Shown here piece by piece: positions 27,183-37,280 of a DNA stretch of 64,000 bases. The notes under the pieces were generated by a model, which was not told the origin of the DNA, ran no database searches, and saw only the letters and a program-made list of their open reading frames with translations. The position numbers and the translations under genes are program-made. The first letter of the stretch is position 1, and each line of letters opens with the position of its first letter. This DNA is from a virus (taxonomy: Duplodnaviria > Caudoviricetes). The stretch is from the IMG/VR virus record IMGVR_UViG_3300027804_000001, positions 128,001-192,000 of that record; one strand, 5' to 3'.

Positions 27183-29039
27183 TTAGACTAAATCCATAAA
27201 ATCTATTCCAAATAATTTAGTGGGCTCTTTTTTTGTAATCTCGACACCGTTTATTTTTACCGGTACTTTAAGTTTTTCAGATGCATGTAATAATCCAAGT
27301 CGTGCGTATTTTTTTACTTTTTGTGACAATTCATTATCTATCACATATTCCATATCCACAGGTGGTTGTTTATTACAAAAATGTCTTGCTTGTAATAGTT
27401 GACCGTTTTGACAATCAAACTCACACGTTACTCTATCCATAGAATCTTCTGTTCTTAAAGAAATAATAATAGACTTTTCTTTATCGGCATAAGTTGCAAC
27501 ACAATGATGCATAAATTTACCCTCCTCAACATATTCTTCCTCTCTTTTCAATATCATAGGATAAAAAGAAACACCGGTATCACCATAGTTTGGTAAATTT
27601 ATTTTCAATGGTATTGGTTTTTCAATATCCTCAATCATCTTCTCACTAAACTTATATTCAATCACCCAACCTTTATTGATGGCGGTTATAATCTTTGATA
27701 AATCTGTATGTTCAACAGAAAATTCATCGAATGTTTTTGCTTTCATATAAACGTCAGCATCATATTCTCTAACGGTGTTTATCATTCTAAAATGGTCATC
27801 AAATAACTGAATAAATCTATCAGATAATATTCCATCTGACCTATAATTTTGTGAATTTGCAATCTTAATTAAATTCTCCTTTTCAATATCTAATAACAGT
27901 GGGTTATTATTTGTATTATGGATTAATTGGAATTTATTGGTGTTGTAATCCACATTACTATTTTTTTTAAGATATGAATTTTCAAAAACAACGGGGTTCA
28001 AATTTGCAATATATTTTGTGTAATCATTACCAAAATACTTACAAAATCTAACCAAACCAATCAAATCAATATTTGGATATTCATGTAAAATTTTAATTGT
28101 GTATTTGGATTTAATTCCAAACATATCCAAAATAGATGCTATTAATTTCCTATCGTTCTTTTTGAGAAATTTTTCTGTTGGGTAAAAGTTATTAATCCAA
28201 AACACCACATCTCCGTTTGGTACCTTTATTTTTTTAAGTTCTATAAACTTTTGTGTGAAATCATTTAAGAATACATCGGTATTAGATGAGTATGATGCAC
28301 ACCCAATCATTCCTAATGACTTTTGTATATTCTTTGTAAACTCATAGTCGTCGAATACTTTTTTAAATTCGTTGTACACTCTTGAATTTGTATTAACATA
28401 GTTCTTAGGTTCAAAAAATGAACGACCGGTCGTAATCATTTTCAACATTCTGAACGAATTGGTCCTGAATTGTGTGGCGTTGGTTTTACTGGTTTTACCT
28501 ATAATACACGTGGTAAAGTTTCCCGTTTTCAAGTTTATTGTTAACGATTGAACATCGTATCTTTTTCTGAAATAGATGCAATTAAACCCTCTGGTTTTTG
28601 TTTGAACATAAAGTTTTATGGTTAGTTTATCTCCATGTAATCGTATTGATCTTTCAAGTGTATATAGAACAATCTCAGAAAGTGGTTTACCATAATGATT
28701 TTTAATGTGTCTATCTTTAGTTGTTTCAAAAGTATTTCCACCGTTCTTTTCACGATATAGATATTCAAAAGACATTCTTTCCTGTACATCTTCATTACTG
28801 GTTAGATAATGTACTTTCTTTTTCTTTTTTTTAGGTAACGTAAAAATTTTCCCTTTTTTGTTAATGTTGAGGTCTCTCGTAATTGATTTGATTGAAAATA
28901 CATCGGTATCCTCTTCATCCAATAAATCCAAAGAATCGTTAAACTGTCTCCGTAATCTTTTCTCATCTGAAATTAGACAATAATCCTTAAAAGGGGTTAT
29001 AAGTGCATAGGAAAATTTTTGAGTTAATATGTCTACCAT
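27183..29039 (-). CDS. PcfJ-like domain protein (tandem paralog)
   Basis: C-terminal EEEYVEEGKFMHHCVATY...QARHFCN. Shares KNDxKxxxxxLDxxGIKSK with its neighbour. Confidence 0.75.
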   Translation of the reverse strand: MVDILTQKFSYALITPFKDYCLISDEKRLRRQFNDSLDLLDEEDTDVFSIKSITRDLNINKKGKIFTLPKKKKKKVHYLTSNEDVQERMSFEYLYREKNGGNTFETTKDRHIKNHYGKPLSEIVLYTLERSIRLHGDKLTIKLYVQTKTRGFNCIYFRKRYDVQSLTINLKTGNFTTCIIGKTSKTNATQFRTNSFRMLKMITTGRSFFEPKNYVNTNSRVYNEFKKVFDDYEFTKNIQKSLGMIGCASYSSNTDVFLNDFTQKFIELKKIKVPNGDVVFWINNFYPTEKFLKKNDRKLIASILDMFGIKSKYTIKILHEYPNIDLIGLVRFCKYFGNDYTKYIANLNPVVFENSYLKKNSNVDYNTNKFQLIHNTNNNPLLLDIEKENLIKIANSQNYRSDGILSDRFIQLFDDHFRMINTVREYDADVYMKAKTFDEFSVEHTDLSKIITAINKGWVIEYKFSEKMIEDIEKPIPLKINLPNYGDTGVSFYPMILKREEEYVEEGKFMHHCVATYADKEKSIIISLRTEDSMDRVTCEFDCQNGQLLQARHFCNKQPPVDMEYVIDNELSQKVKKYARLGLLHASEKLKVPVKINGVEITKKEPTKLFGIDFMDLV

Positions 29040-29061
29040 TTTAGAATAAGTTTTGTTATTA

Positions 29062-29069
29062 CAAAAATA
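29062..29069 (-). promoter_or_regulatory. Bacteroidota -7 element (TAnnTTTG)
   Basis: TATTTTTG upstream of the ATG at 29039. The leader shares AACAAAACTTA with the leader of the 25653 gene. Confidence 0.5.
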
Positions 29070-29113
29070 ATAAAAAAAGTTAAGATATATGTATTTATAA
29101 AAAAATATATATT

Positions 29114-29245
29114 ATGGCTAAAGGTAAAAGCACGGGTGACTCAAGAAAAATAACTTTCGGTAAGAAAAGTGGTAAAGGTAAATCAAGAAAATCTTTCGGA
29201 CCTAAAGACCAAAAACCGAAAAAATACAGAGGTCAGGGTCGCTAA
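29114..29245 (+). CDS. Small highly basic protein ending YRGQGR, 43 aa (not in ORF track)
   Basis: Manual translation MAKGKSTGDSRKITFGKKSGKGKSRKSFGPKDQKPKKYRGQGR*, with TATTTATA at 29092-29099. Confidence 0.8.
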   Translation: MAKGKSTGDSRKITFGKKSGKGKSRKSFGPKDQKPKKYRGQGR

Positions 29246-29706
29246 TTTATTCTTCCTCCACCCTTAAAATTTTTAATATACCGGGGTTCAATAAGACTAC
29301 TTACTTTGACTCCCTCGTATCTGTTTGCTGAATGGACAAAATAGGTATTTCCTATGTAACAGCCACAATGCCAACCAGATGGTGACACTTTACTACGAAA
29401 GAAAACCAAATCACCAACCTGTAAACTATCTTTTTTAATTCTTTCTGTTTGATTCCATTGTTTATAACAAACATTTTCAAGTTCAATCTTATAAACATCT
29501 AAGTATAATCTCTTATTAAATTGGGAACAGTCAATACCTTTTTCTGTTTTACCACCTAATTTATACGGTTTCCCCAACCATTTTATTATAAATTGATTTA
29601 GAATTGTGTCTTCGGTAAAAACCCCTTCTTCAAATTTTAATGTAGTTTGTCCATTGGTTATTAATGAAATAAAAACCAATGGAATTATAATTAATATATT
29701 TTTCAT
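29242..29706 (-). CDS. NlpC/P60 (C40) peptidoglycan peptidase with signal peptide
   Basis: WLGKPYKLGG..GIDCS, GDLVFF, HCGCYIG and FVHS. Confidence 0.88.
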   Translation of the reverse strand: MKNILIIIPLVFISLITNGQTTLKFEEGVFTEDTILNQFIIKWLGKPYKLGGKTEKGIDCSQFNKRLYLDVYKIELENVCYKQWNQTERIKKDSLQVGDLVFFRSKVSPSGWHCGCYIGNTYFVHSANRYEGVKVSSLIEPRYIKNFKGGGRIN

Positions 29707-30722
29707 TAGTTACTTAATGGTGCTTTAATTTTAGGATGTGATTCATACCCCACCAATTCAAAACAATCGGGTCTATAACTTTTTAATTTTTCATCTAAAG
29801 TTTTTTCACCTAAATGTTCTTTCACTTTTTCATGCATATACCAATTTCTTTCTGTTATTTCAACTTTTGGTAATTCATATGGGGTTCTATATATTTGTTC
29901 TTTAGCTTGTTCAATATGATTAAGGTAAAGATGTGTGTCACCTAAATTACCAATCAATTCATCAGGTATCATGTCTACTTCTTTTGCAATAATTTCAAGT
30001 AACAATGCATATGATGCAATATTAAATGGTAATCCTAAAAATGTATCAACTGAACGTTGATTCCACATTAAAGAAATTGCTCTATATTTTCCAGGATTAA
30101 CTATTTTTTCTTCTCTTGTTGTTGGTCTTGTATAAACTTGAAATCCATAATGACAAGGTGGTAAAACCATTTTATCTAATTCACCCACATTCCAAGCATT
30201 AACCATCAATCTTCTACTATCTGGATTTGTTTTTAAATCGTTGATTAGGTCTTGGATTTGGTCTATATAATTTAAATCTATGTCTGTTTTGTTCCAATCA
30301 ATTTTCTCCCATTTCCTCCATTGTTTACCATAAATTGGTCCTAAATCTCCAAAATCTTTTGCAAATTCTTTGTTTGTTTTTATCAACTGAATAAACTGTT
30401 CTTTCGTATATCTAGGTCCATGAAAATCATCCGTAAACAGTTTTGAATAATTCTTATATGCATCACCATCCCAAATATGACAATCATAATCCAATAAGAA
30501 TTTGATGTTAGTTTCACCTCTTAAAAACCATAGTAATTCGGTTACTATTGACTTCCAATGCATTTTCTTTGTAGTTAATAACGGAAACCCTTCACTCATT
30601 TTATGACGAATTTGTCTACCGAATACTGAAGTTGTTCCCGTGCCAGTCCTATCTGATTTTTCTATACCATTATCTAAAATGTCTTGTAATAAATTTTGAT
30701 ATTGTTTATCAATATTATTCAT
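29706..30722 (-). CDS. thyA: Thymidylate synthase
   Basis: DRTGTGT, FPLLTTK, ELLWFLRG, LPPCHYGFQ, NQRSVDTFLGLPFNIASY and DTHLYLNH. Confidence 0.97.
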   Translation of the reverse strand: MNNIDKQYQNLLQDILDNGIEKSDRTGTGTTSVFGRQIRHKMSEGFPLLTTKKMHWKSIVTELLWFLRGETNIKFLLDYDCHIWDGDAYKNYSKLFTDDFHGPRYTKEQFIQLIKTNKEFAKDFGDLGPIYGKQWRKWEKIDWNKTDIDLNYIDQIQDLINDLKTNPDSRRLMVNAWNVGELDKMVLPPCHYGFQVYTRPTTREEKIVNPGKYRAISLMWNQRSVDTFLGLPFNIASYALLLEIIAKEVDMIPDELIGNLGDTHLYLNHIEQAKEQIYRTPYELPKVEITERNWYMHEKVKEHLGEKTLDEKLKSYRPDCFELVGYESHPKIKAPLSN

Positions 30723-31354
30723 ATTAATTTACCGTTTAGGTTTTGAATTATTAATTCCGCCAATTTTTTTTGTCCGTTTTCACTGTAGTGTGTGTCGTTA
30801 ATTAAACCGTTTGTTTCTGTTTTTATTGTTTCAATTTCACCAAAATTTAAAACTTTAAGTTTACCTGTTGGTTTAAAAGGACTCCAAAATACACATCTTC
30901 TTGGTTTCATAACATGTTCAATCATGTATATCCACCAGTTTACTTCATCCACATATAACTCGTGGTCTCTGTTTAATATTATTTCTTTAATCGTATTATA
31001 TGAATAATCAATATTTTCTAACTTTATTTCTTCTTCACTCAATGTGTTTATTAAAACAGTGAACCATTCTCTATTTTTATTTGGTAATCTAAATCTATGT
31101 AATCCCGACCAACCAAATACTAAAATATCATTTTCTTTTATTTGTTTGACGTTTTTACAAAATGATTCAAAGATTGTATAATTGTCTATTCCACCAACTG
31201 CAACATTTTTAACATCCATATTTAAAAATTCACCGATGAAATCTGCATGTACCTTTGGTTGATAACCTTTCCAATTTATGTATTTATTTGACCAAATATA
31301 TTTTGGGTTATAAGATGCTGTATAGCTATCCCCGAAAGTCCACACTGTACTCAT
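30719..31354 (-). CDS. SGNH/GDSL-like protein
   Basis: TFGDSYT, NVAVGG and DTHYSENG. The protein ends GKLI. Confidence 0.6.
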   Translation of the reverse strand: MSTVWTFGDSYTASYNPKYIWSNKYINWKGYQPKVHADFIGEFLNMDVKNVAVGGIDNYTIFESFCKNVKQIKENDILVFGWSGLHRFRLPNKNREWFTVLINTLSEEEIKLENIDYSYNTIKEIILNRDHELYVDEVNWWIYMIEHVMKPRRCVFWSPFKPTGKLKVLNFGEIETIKTETNGLINDTHYSENGQKKLAELIIQNLNGKLI

Positions 31355-31560
31355 TTTTTATAATATGCATTTCTTTGAAATTGTATACCCGCAAAAAATG
31401 TTAACCATCTAATTGAAAATCCAATTGCGGGTGTGCATAGTCCTGTTTCAAAAAATACATCTTTTCTATAAAAAAATATAATCGTTGGTATAATAAACCA
31501 GTGGTATTTCTTTTTATAAAGAAAAAAATCGGTTAAATATTTTGGTTCTTTATTCGTCAT
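31351..31560 (-). CDS. Hypothetical protein
   Basis: 69-aa coupled ORF. Confidence 0.6.
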   Translation of the reverse strand: MTNKEPKYLTDFFLYKKKYHWFIIPTIIFFYRKDVFFETGLCTPAIGFSIRWLTFFAGIQFQRNAYYKK

Positions 31561-31840
31561 AATTTCCTGTTGTTCTACGAAGTAATCTATCTACCTCATC
31601 TTCTTTTTCTTTCATTTCAACAATTCTAATGTAATATGATTCCTTATCCGCATTTGAATCTTTGGCTTTGATGTTCTTATCAAACCATTTACTAAACCAC
31701 TTACCCTTATAACAAAGAACTTGGCATCTATCACTAAATTCATCCGCATCACTTTGGTCCAATAAATTTTCCTGAACTAACTTAGATAGGATTATGTCCT
31801 TAACTTTGTTGAAGTTCTGTATTTCCGCTGTTAAATCCAT
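31550..31840 (-). CDS. Hypothetical protein
   Basis: 96-aa coupled ORF. Confidence 0.6.
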   Translation of the reverse strand: MDLTAEIQNFNKVKDIILSKLVQENLLDQSDADEFSDRCQVLCYKGKWFSKWFDKNIKAKDSNADKESYYIRIVEMKEKEDEVDRLLRRTTGNYDE

Positions 31841-32027
31841 CTTTTAATTTTTTTAAACTTTTGTAAATAAAATATGTTTCTTGAACAGTATAAATGTTCT
31901 GATTGTGTGAATATTCCAAAGCCCTTTCAATAATTGAAAGTGCGTCTGATTCATCCATTTTTTGAACGAACTCATCAAAATCTTTTTCTGTAGGAAATTC
32001 TATTAATCCACCGAATATACTATCCAT
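31800..32027 (-). CDS. Hypothetical protein
   Basis: 75-aa ORF with TATATTTG at 32032-32039 upstream. Confidence 0.6.
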   Translation of the reverse strand: MDSIFGGLIEFPTEKDFDEFVQKMDESDALSIIERALEYSHNQNIYTVQETYFIYKSLKKLKDGFNSGNTELQQS

Positions 32028-32057
32028 AATTCAAATATAATAAATTATTTTGAATAT

Positions 32058-32705
32058 TCAAAATCCGGCATTGTGTATAAACAATGTATCATTATATTGT
32101 AAATTATTATCTTTCATTGAATAATAACCATACTTTTCTGTTAATATTTTAAGAACATCTTCTTCTTCGTGTCGATACCATGCACTTTCATAAAGTATAA
32201 TTGGTCTATTTCCCGTTGTTTCTAACCATTCATACATACCCATTATTATGTTCGTATCGTGTCCTTCAGCATCTATTTTAATAAAATCTACTTTTGGGAT
32301 ATTTTTATCTTTAATCCAATTACTAAATGTGTCACATTTAATTGTTATTTTATCATGTGGATGAATCTCCATTCCCTCCTTATAGATTTTATTATAACCA
32401 TAATTTAAATGAGAAGCAAATAATGTTTTATTCAGATTATCATCACTTAAACCCAAATTTTCAATTATAAATCTTTTATCATCACCAAACTTATTTACAC
32501 ATTCATTATAATATTTTTCTATTGGTTCAAAGAGTATTATTTTATCCAAATCAAAATCAATCCTACTTAGTACTTCTTTAGTGAATATACCAGTATTCGC
32601 ACCAATATCTACATAAACATCATTCTTTTTAAGATACTTACAAACTAAATTAATATCATGATTAACCCAATCAACCAGTTCTTTTTCCCATTCTTCTATT
32701 GTCAT
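32058..32705 (-). CDS. FkbM-family methyltransferase
   Basis: YVDIGANTG, ILFEP and DFIKIDAEG. Confidence 0.85.
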   Translation of the reverse strand: MTIEEWEKELVDWVNHDINLVCKYLKKNDVYVDIGANTGIFTKEVLSRIDFDLDKIILFEPIEKYYNECVNKFGDDKRFIIENLGLSDDNLNKTLFASHLNYGYNKIYKEGMEIHPHDKITIKCDTFSNWIKDKNIPKVDFIKIDAEGHDTNIIMGMYEWLETTGNRPIILYESAWYRHEEEDVLKILTEKYGYYSMKDNNLQYNDTLFIHNAGF

Positions 32706-33847
32706 ATTACGGTTGTTGATTTTTCAAATTTAAATCCTGTTATTTCTTCGTATAGTTTTTCACCATCGGATAAAGTTTTCAAATTATACTTTGGGTACAT
32801 TTTTTTATAATGATTGTGGACTCTATACAACCATTCTTCCCCAAAATGTTTATGTATATAACCAATACAAATGCATTGAAATAATTTAGACCATTTATTA
32901 TACGTTAAATGTTGTATCCCATAGAAATCAAAGTCAAACATTTCTTTTACAAAATCTATTGATGGGATTGAAAGTTCTCTTGTTTCAAATGTGATGATTT
33001 TTGAGTCAATGTTCTCCCCAAATTTATAATCATTTTTAGGATTGTTTTTAGGTAAACTCATTTTAAATCTAATTGGGAAAGTATAGTCATTCATATTGAA
33101 CGGTTCACCATTTCTTTCCTGCATTATGAACATGAATTCATTATTAGATAAAAAATTTCCACCATATTTCATCGAATTTCTATATTCTTTACTAATCTCC
33201 ATTAAATTTAGATGAATCATTAATTGTTCAATATAACAAGCACCATAACCCATTTCGTCAATCAACTCCCTATTTTTTTCATAGTGTTCTAACGAGTACT
33301 TTGTTGCTAAATTAAATGTTTCAAAATCTTTAACATAAACAACGGACATGTTTGGTATTTCACAAATTTTGAAATTATCTATTTTAAATTTGCTGTGTTG
33401 TTTTTCTAAAATAAAAAATAAACCAGAATAACTCTTTGTAAGTAATTTTAAATGTTCTTCATTAATAATTTTAGTTGATGGTTGATCGGGGTGTGCAAAA
33501 AGAAAATCACCACCGATATTTTTAAAATCAAAATGTTTAAATAAAATAGTATCGGTGTCTATATGTAAAAATTCTTCTTTGACATTTTCAAAAACTTTTA
33601 ATTTATAATAACTAAATGTTTTACTTTTTTCATTCTTTAATAACTCAGTATCAACAATATCATAAGGCATTCCAATGTCCTCAATTTGTTTTTTAACAAC
33701 TTCATTTGTATAAATTGAAATGTTATTATATATTTTTTTTGCTGTTAAGGTGCTCAAAAGTTGTGGGTACATTTGTTCCTTCCATATAATATTTTCAATA
33801 TTATTATCTGATATTGGTGGTATAAAACTATGTAATATTTTCAACAT
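32702..33847 (-). CDS. GT-A-like hypothetical protein (DUF6734-like)
   Basis: FLHIDTD, PNMSVV and ACYIEQ. The protein ends TTVI. Confidence 0.5.
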   Translation of the reverse strand: MLKILHSFIPPISDNNIENIIWKEQMYPQLLSTLTAKKIYNNISIYTNEVVKKQIEDIGMPYDIVDTELLKNEKSKTFSYYKLKVFENVKEEFLHIDTDTILFKHFDFKNIGGDFLFAHPDQPSTKIINEEHLKLLTKSYSGLFFILEKQHSKFKIDNFKICEIPNMSVVYVKDFETFNLATKYSLEHYEKNRELIDEMGYGACYIEQLMIHLNLMEISKEYRNSMKYGGNFLSNNEFMFIMQERNGEPFNMNDYTFPIRFKMSLPKNNPKNDYKFGENIDSKIITFETRELSIPSIDFVKEMFDFDFYGIQHLTYNKWSKLFQCICIGYIHKHFGEEWLYRVHNHYKKMYPKYNLKTLSDGEKLYEEITGFKFEKSTTVI

Positions 33848-34631
33848 GATATATCTTTTCGTAGTGTTCTTTTAATATTGCAATTTTTTTATACTGATGA
33901 ATGACATAATATTCTTCACCAATATCATTATAAACTTTTGAACCTATTATTGTGGGTAGTTTTTCGGTGAAAAAATATGGTTCTTTGTATTTGTCCTTTA
34001 ATGTTAAATGACAAACAAACCCTTCTTGTTGTTTTATAAACTGTGTATTATATTTTGAATCATACACTTGAATATTAAATGTTATCTGGTCAAAAGGGTA
34101 ATTATTTTTATTTATTCCTATACCCATAAAAAACATTGAATTAAGCAGATTAGATACAACCAACCTTTCTCCAACAATTACACCACAATTTTGAATTTCA
34201 TTATCCTTTATCCAATCCCATTCATTTGGAAAAAAAGAACCGATAAATGTAGACCAATCATCATCCTTAAATTTCAATGATTCTGATGTGGATAAGACTC
34301 CACCTTTAAAATTTTTTTCAATCCATTCGATAGGATTCTTGTTAAAAACAATATCAAAAACATCTAAAAACAAGACGATATCGGTATCAATATTTTTCAC
34401 TATCTTACTTGCATCAATTAATCTTTGATTATAAATCACTGTGGAATTATAAAAAATCCTTTGTTCTATTTCCCAACCATATTTTTTTAAAATGGTTTCT
34501 ATATTTTTATCGTTCTCATACACAATCATGATTTTACGTCCAATAAACCCACTTTCTTCTATGGATTTTATAAACGGAAGGATATCATTTACTTGATAAC
34601 CATGAATAGTACCTATAATTGTGTAGTTCAT
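33828..34631 (-). CDS. Glycosyltransferase-like protein
   Basis: FLDVFDIVFNKNP, NCGVIVG, DQITFN and VIHQY. Confidence 0.6.
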   Translation of the reverse strand: MNYTIIGTIHGYQVNDILPFIKSIEESGFIGRKIMIVYENDKNIETILKKYGWEIEQRIFYNSTVIYNQRLIDASKIVKNIDTDIVLFLDVFDIVFNKNPIEWIEKNFKGGVLSTSESLKFKDDDWSTFIGSFFPNEWDWIKDNEIQNCGVIVGERLVVSNLLNSMFFMGIGINKNNYPFDQITFNIQVYDSKYNTQFIKQQEGFVCHLTLKDKYKEPYFFTEKLPTIIGSKVYNDIGEEYYVIHQYKKIAILKEHYEKIYHVENIT

Positions 34632-34679
34632 TGAAATAATATACGAAAATTATTATTATTTTTCAAATAATTATATATA

Positions 34680-35042
34680 ATGGTAAGAATTGGAGACAAA
34701 TCGTTTAATGCTGAATACCTATCAAATCCTGATGAAATTCAAAGAGGGATGATGGGTAGAGAATCCCTTGATGGGTGTATGGTTTTCAAAATGGGTATGG
34801 GACACCATTCTTTTTGGATGAAGAATTGTCTTATTCCTCTTGATATTGTATTCATAAACAAGGGAATTATATCAAGAATCCATCATAATTGTCCTCCAGT
34901 ACAATCCGGTGTTTTAAATCCACCAAAATATACTGGAATTGGCGACCACGTTGTTGAGTTTCCTGGTGGAACCTGTTCAAAGTTTAAAGTGGGCGATAGG
35001 GTTAACCTATATCTTGGGACACCTCAAAATCCTGTGGCATAA
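34680..35042 (+). CDS. DUF192-family protein
   Basis: RGMMGRE, FWMKNCLIPLDIVF and VVEFPGG. Confidence 0.8.
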   Translation: MVRIGDKSFNAEYLSNPDEIQRGMMGRESLDGCMVFKMGMGHHSFWMKNCLIPLDIVFINKGIISRIHHNCPPVQSGVLNPPKYTGIGDHVVEFPGGTCSKFKVGDRVNLYLGTPQNPVA

Positions 35043-35691
35043 AGTCATATACTACTTTAGGTTTTACTTTCTCAAATACCCAAAAATACGAATGATATTT
35101 CCTTGCGTGATATTGTTTACTCCATTTTGTACCATTGAAGGCATTTACTCTCACATTTGAAGTAAGTACAAACATATCTCTCGGATAGAACCCAATTTTA
35201 TATGCCATATTCATAACCATAACATGACTAAAATGTTGTTTACCACCCGAAACAGTATCTTGACACTTCATAACAAGAAATCCACCTTTATCCAATAAAC
35301 GATACATTTCCTTTAAAGTGTGGTAATAATTTGATTTCAAATCTTCATATGTACCATAACCCTCAAACCTTTTTGCTATAATTGAACTTCCTTCTTTGTT
35401 GTTTCTATGACCCATACCACTTCCAACAATAACAAACGGTGGATCATACATTATACTTTTCATTGAATTATCATCAAAGGGTAGACTTTCAGAACTAGCC
35501 TCAATAACGGTATCATTTACAGGATAAATGTCACTCTTATATTTTGGTTGTGGTAAGTCCTTCCAAAAATTTCCTTTCGAATATGTACAATCCAAATCGA
35601 ATTGCTCAATTTCATATAAGTGCATTATGTTTTTAATTGCATCAAAATTTGAATTATAAACACTTTTTACCATTTTGAAGTCCTTGTCCAT
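35002..35691 (-). CDS. Phage DNA amino-methyltransferase (N6A/N4C)-like protein
   Basis: LDCTYSKGNFW, MYDPPF and HARKYHSYF. Confidence 0.7.
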   Translation of the reverse strand: MDKDFKMVKSVYNSNFDAIKNIMHLYEIEQFDLDCTYSKGNFWKDLPQPKYKSDIYPVNDTVIEASSESLPFDDNSMKSIMYDPPFVIVGSGMGHRNNKEGSSIIAKRFEGYGTYEDLKSNYYHTLKEMYRLLDKGGFLVMKCQDTVSGGKQHFSHVMVMNMAYKIGFYPRDMFVLTSNVRVNAFNGTKWSKQYHARKYHSYFWVFEKVKPKVVYDFMPQDFEVSQDIG

Positions 35692-35752
35692 TGATTTTCT
35701 TTTAAATAAATTTTATATTTTAAAATATAGAATAAAAAAATCATAAAAAAAA

Positions 35753-37015
35753 ATGATTAAAGATTTTTCCGATTATAAGTTTGTTATTTCATCCGGCTGT
35801 AGTTACGGTAGGCTTGCGGACTATACATTTAAACCTTTTAGATATCTTGATTATCCTGGTTTATATGAACAATATGGTAAAGACCATTTAGAAACGGGTA
35901 ATAGTAAGGTTATATCTTTGAATTTATCATTAGGTAGTCAAGGTTCAAATTGGCAAGCGGATTCTCTAATATACGTTGTTGATAAAATACTTGAGTTAGG
36001 TATCAAAAAAGAAAACATATACTGTTTAGTTGAATGGTCTCAATGGCATCGTTTTTCATTACATCCGTTGCACCATTATGGATTGGATTTAGATTTATTT
36101 GATTTTCAACAAAATAAAATTACTCACTCAGAAAATTTCATTTATGAAATTGTTGAGCCTATGAACATGAAAAATAGGGATAATGATGATTTATTATTTT
36201 TTTCTGATTATTTAAAAGTTTTCACTTCAAAAAAGATTTATAACATACCAAAGTTAGAAGAAAGAATTTATATATGTCCACAACATACTAATCCTGAAAT
36301 TTATAAACAAATGGGTGTGAACTATAAATTATTTTATGATGATTCTGTTTTATTAGAACACACATACCCACTAGAAAATAAATTAAAAACATATTTTGAT
36401 AATATTTTAAGGACACAATATTTTTTAGAAAAACATGAATTAAAATATAATTTTCTATTTATGCAATCAACCTTATCCGAATGGAGTAAAGATTATGATA
36501 GTATAATAAGACATCCACTTTTCAATATGGGTACTCGTGTTTGGAATATTGAACCGGAAGATAAGGCGGTTTATAATAAAGATTATAATCCAAAAAATGA
36601 CATTAATTCAGACATCGAAAATATAATGCCCGAACTTAAAACAACAATTAATAAAATTAATTTTGATAATTTTTGGTTGTATGATAATGAAAAGTATAGA
36701 AAAGGTGGAATTGATGAATGGGCTATTGATAATTTAAAAGAAACGGGTTATATTACTGTAAATGAAGCACATTTAAAACGTGGTTACACTGTTGGTAATG
36801 TTTTATCAACATATAACCAACACCCAAACATGATAGCGTATATAATGTTATGGAATAAGGTAACCACAAATTGTGACTTTGTAAAAATAAAACCAGATTT
36901 TGAACAATTCATTTGGGACAAATATTGGGAGGATTATAATTATGATGGAGTAACAAAAAATAACATTACACTATCTAAAAAAGAGTGGAATAGAATAACC
37001 AAATTTAACACATAA
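35753..37015 (+). CDS. SGNH-like hypothetical protein
   Basis: SGCSY, GSQGSN, VEWSQWHR and C-terminal QHPN. Confidence 0.55.
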   Translation: MIKDFSDYKFVISSGCSYGRLADYTFKPFRYLDYPGLYEQYGKDHLETGNSKVISLNLSLGSQGSNWQADSLIYVVDKILELGIKKENIYCLVEWSQWHRFSLHPLHHYGLDLDLFDFQQNKITHSENFIYEIVEPMNMKNRDNDDLLFFSDYLKVFTSKKIYNIPKLEERIYICPQHTNPEIYKQMGVNYKLFYDDSVLLEHTYPLENKLKTYFDNILRTQYFLEKHELKYNFLFMQSTLSEWSKDYDSIIRHPLFNMGTRVWNIEPEDKAVYNKDYNPKNDINSDIENIMPELKTTINKINFDNFWLYDNEKYRKGGIDEWAIDNLKETGYITVNEAHLKRGYTVGNVLSTYNQHPNMIAYIMLWNKVTTNCDFVKIKPDFEQFIWDKYWEDYNYDGVTKNNITLSKKEWNRITKFNT

Positions 37016-37041
37016 ACTATATTTATATTAAAAGCACTATT

Positions 37042-37212
37042 ATGGGATGCGGATGTAAAAAGAAACAAGAACAGTCACAACCAACTGTGACACCTCAAGC
37101 AATCAATATCAGTTTTGCTGAACAAACAAGTACAAATCTAACTAAAACACAGGAAAATTTAGTTAATCAAATTGTAGAAAACCTAAATAAAATAGGGGAA
37201 AAATCAGAATAA
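37042..37212 (+). CDS. Small protein starting MGCGCKK, 56 aa (not in ORF track)
   Basis: Manual translation MGCGCKKKQEQSQPTVTPQ...NLNKIGEKSE*, with TATTTATA at 37020-37027. Confidence 0.75.
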   Translation: MGCGCKKKQEQSQPTVTPQAINISFAEQTSTNLTKTQENLVNQIVENLNKIGEKSE

Positions 37213-37244
37213 TTTAACGGAAAAAATAATATTTCCGTTAAATT
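37211..37244 (+). terminator. 13-bp inverted repeat (terminator and/or operator)
   Basis: AATTTAACGGAAA-N8-TTTCCGTTAAATT, followed by TTT. Confidence 0.6.
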
Positions 37245-37280
37245 TTTATAAAAAAAATATATAAGAATATATATACTAAT

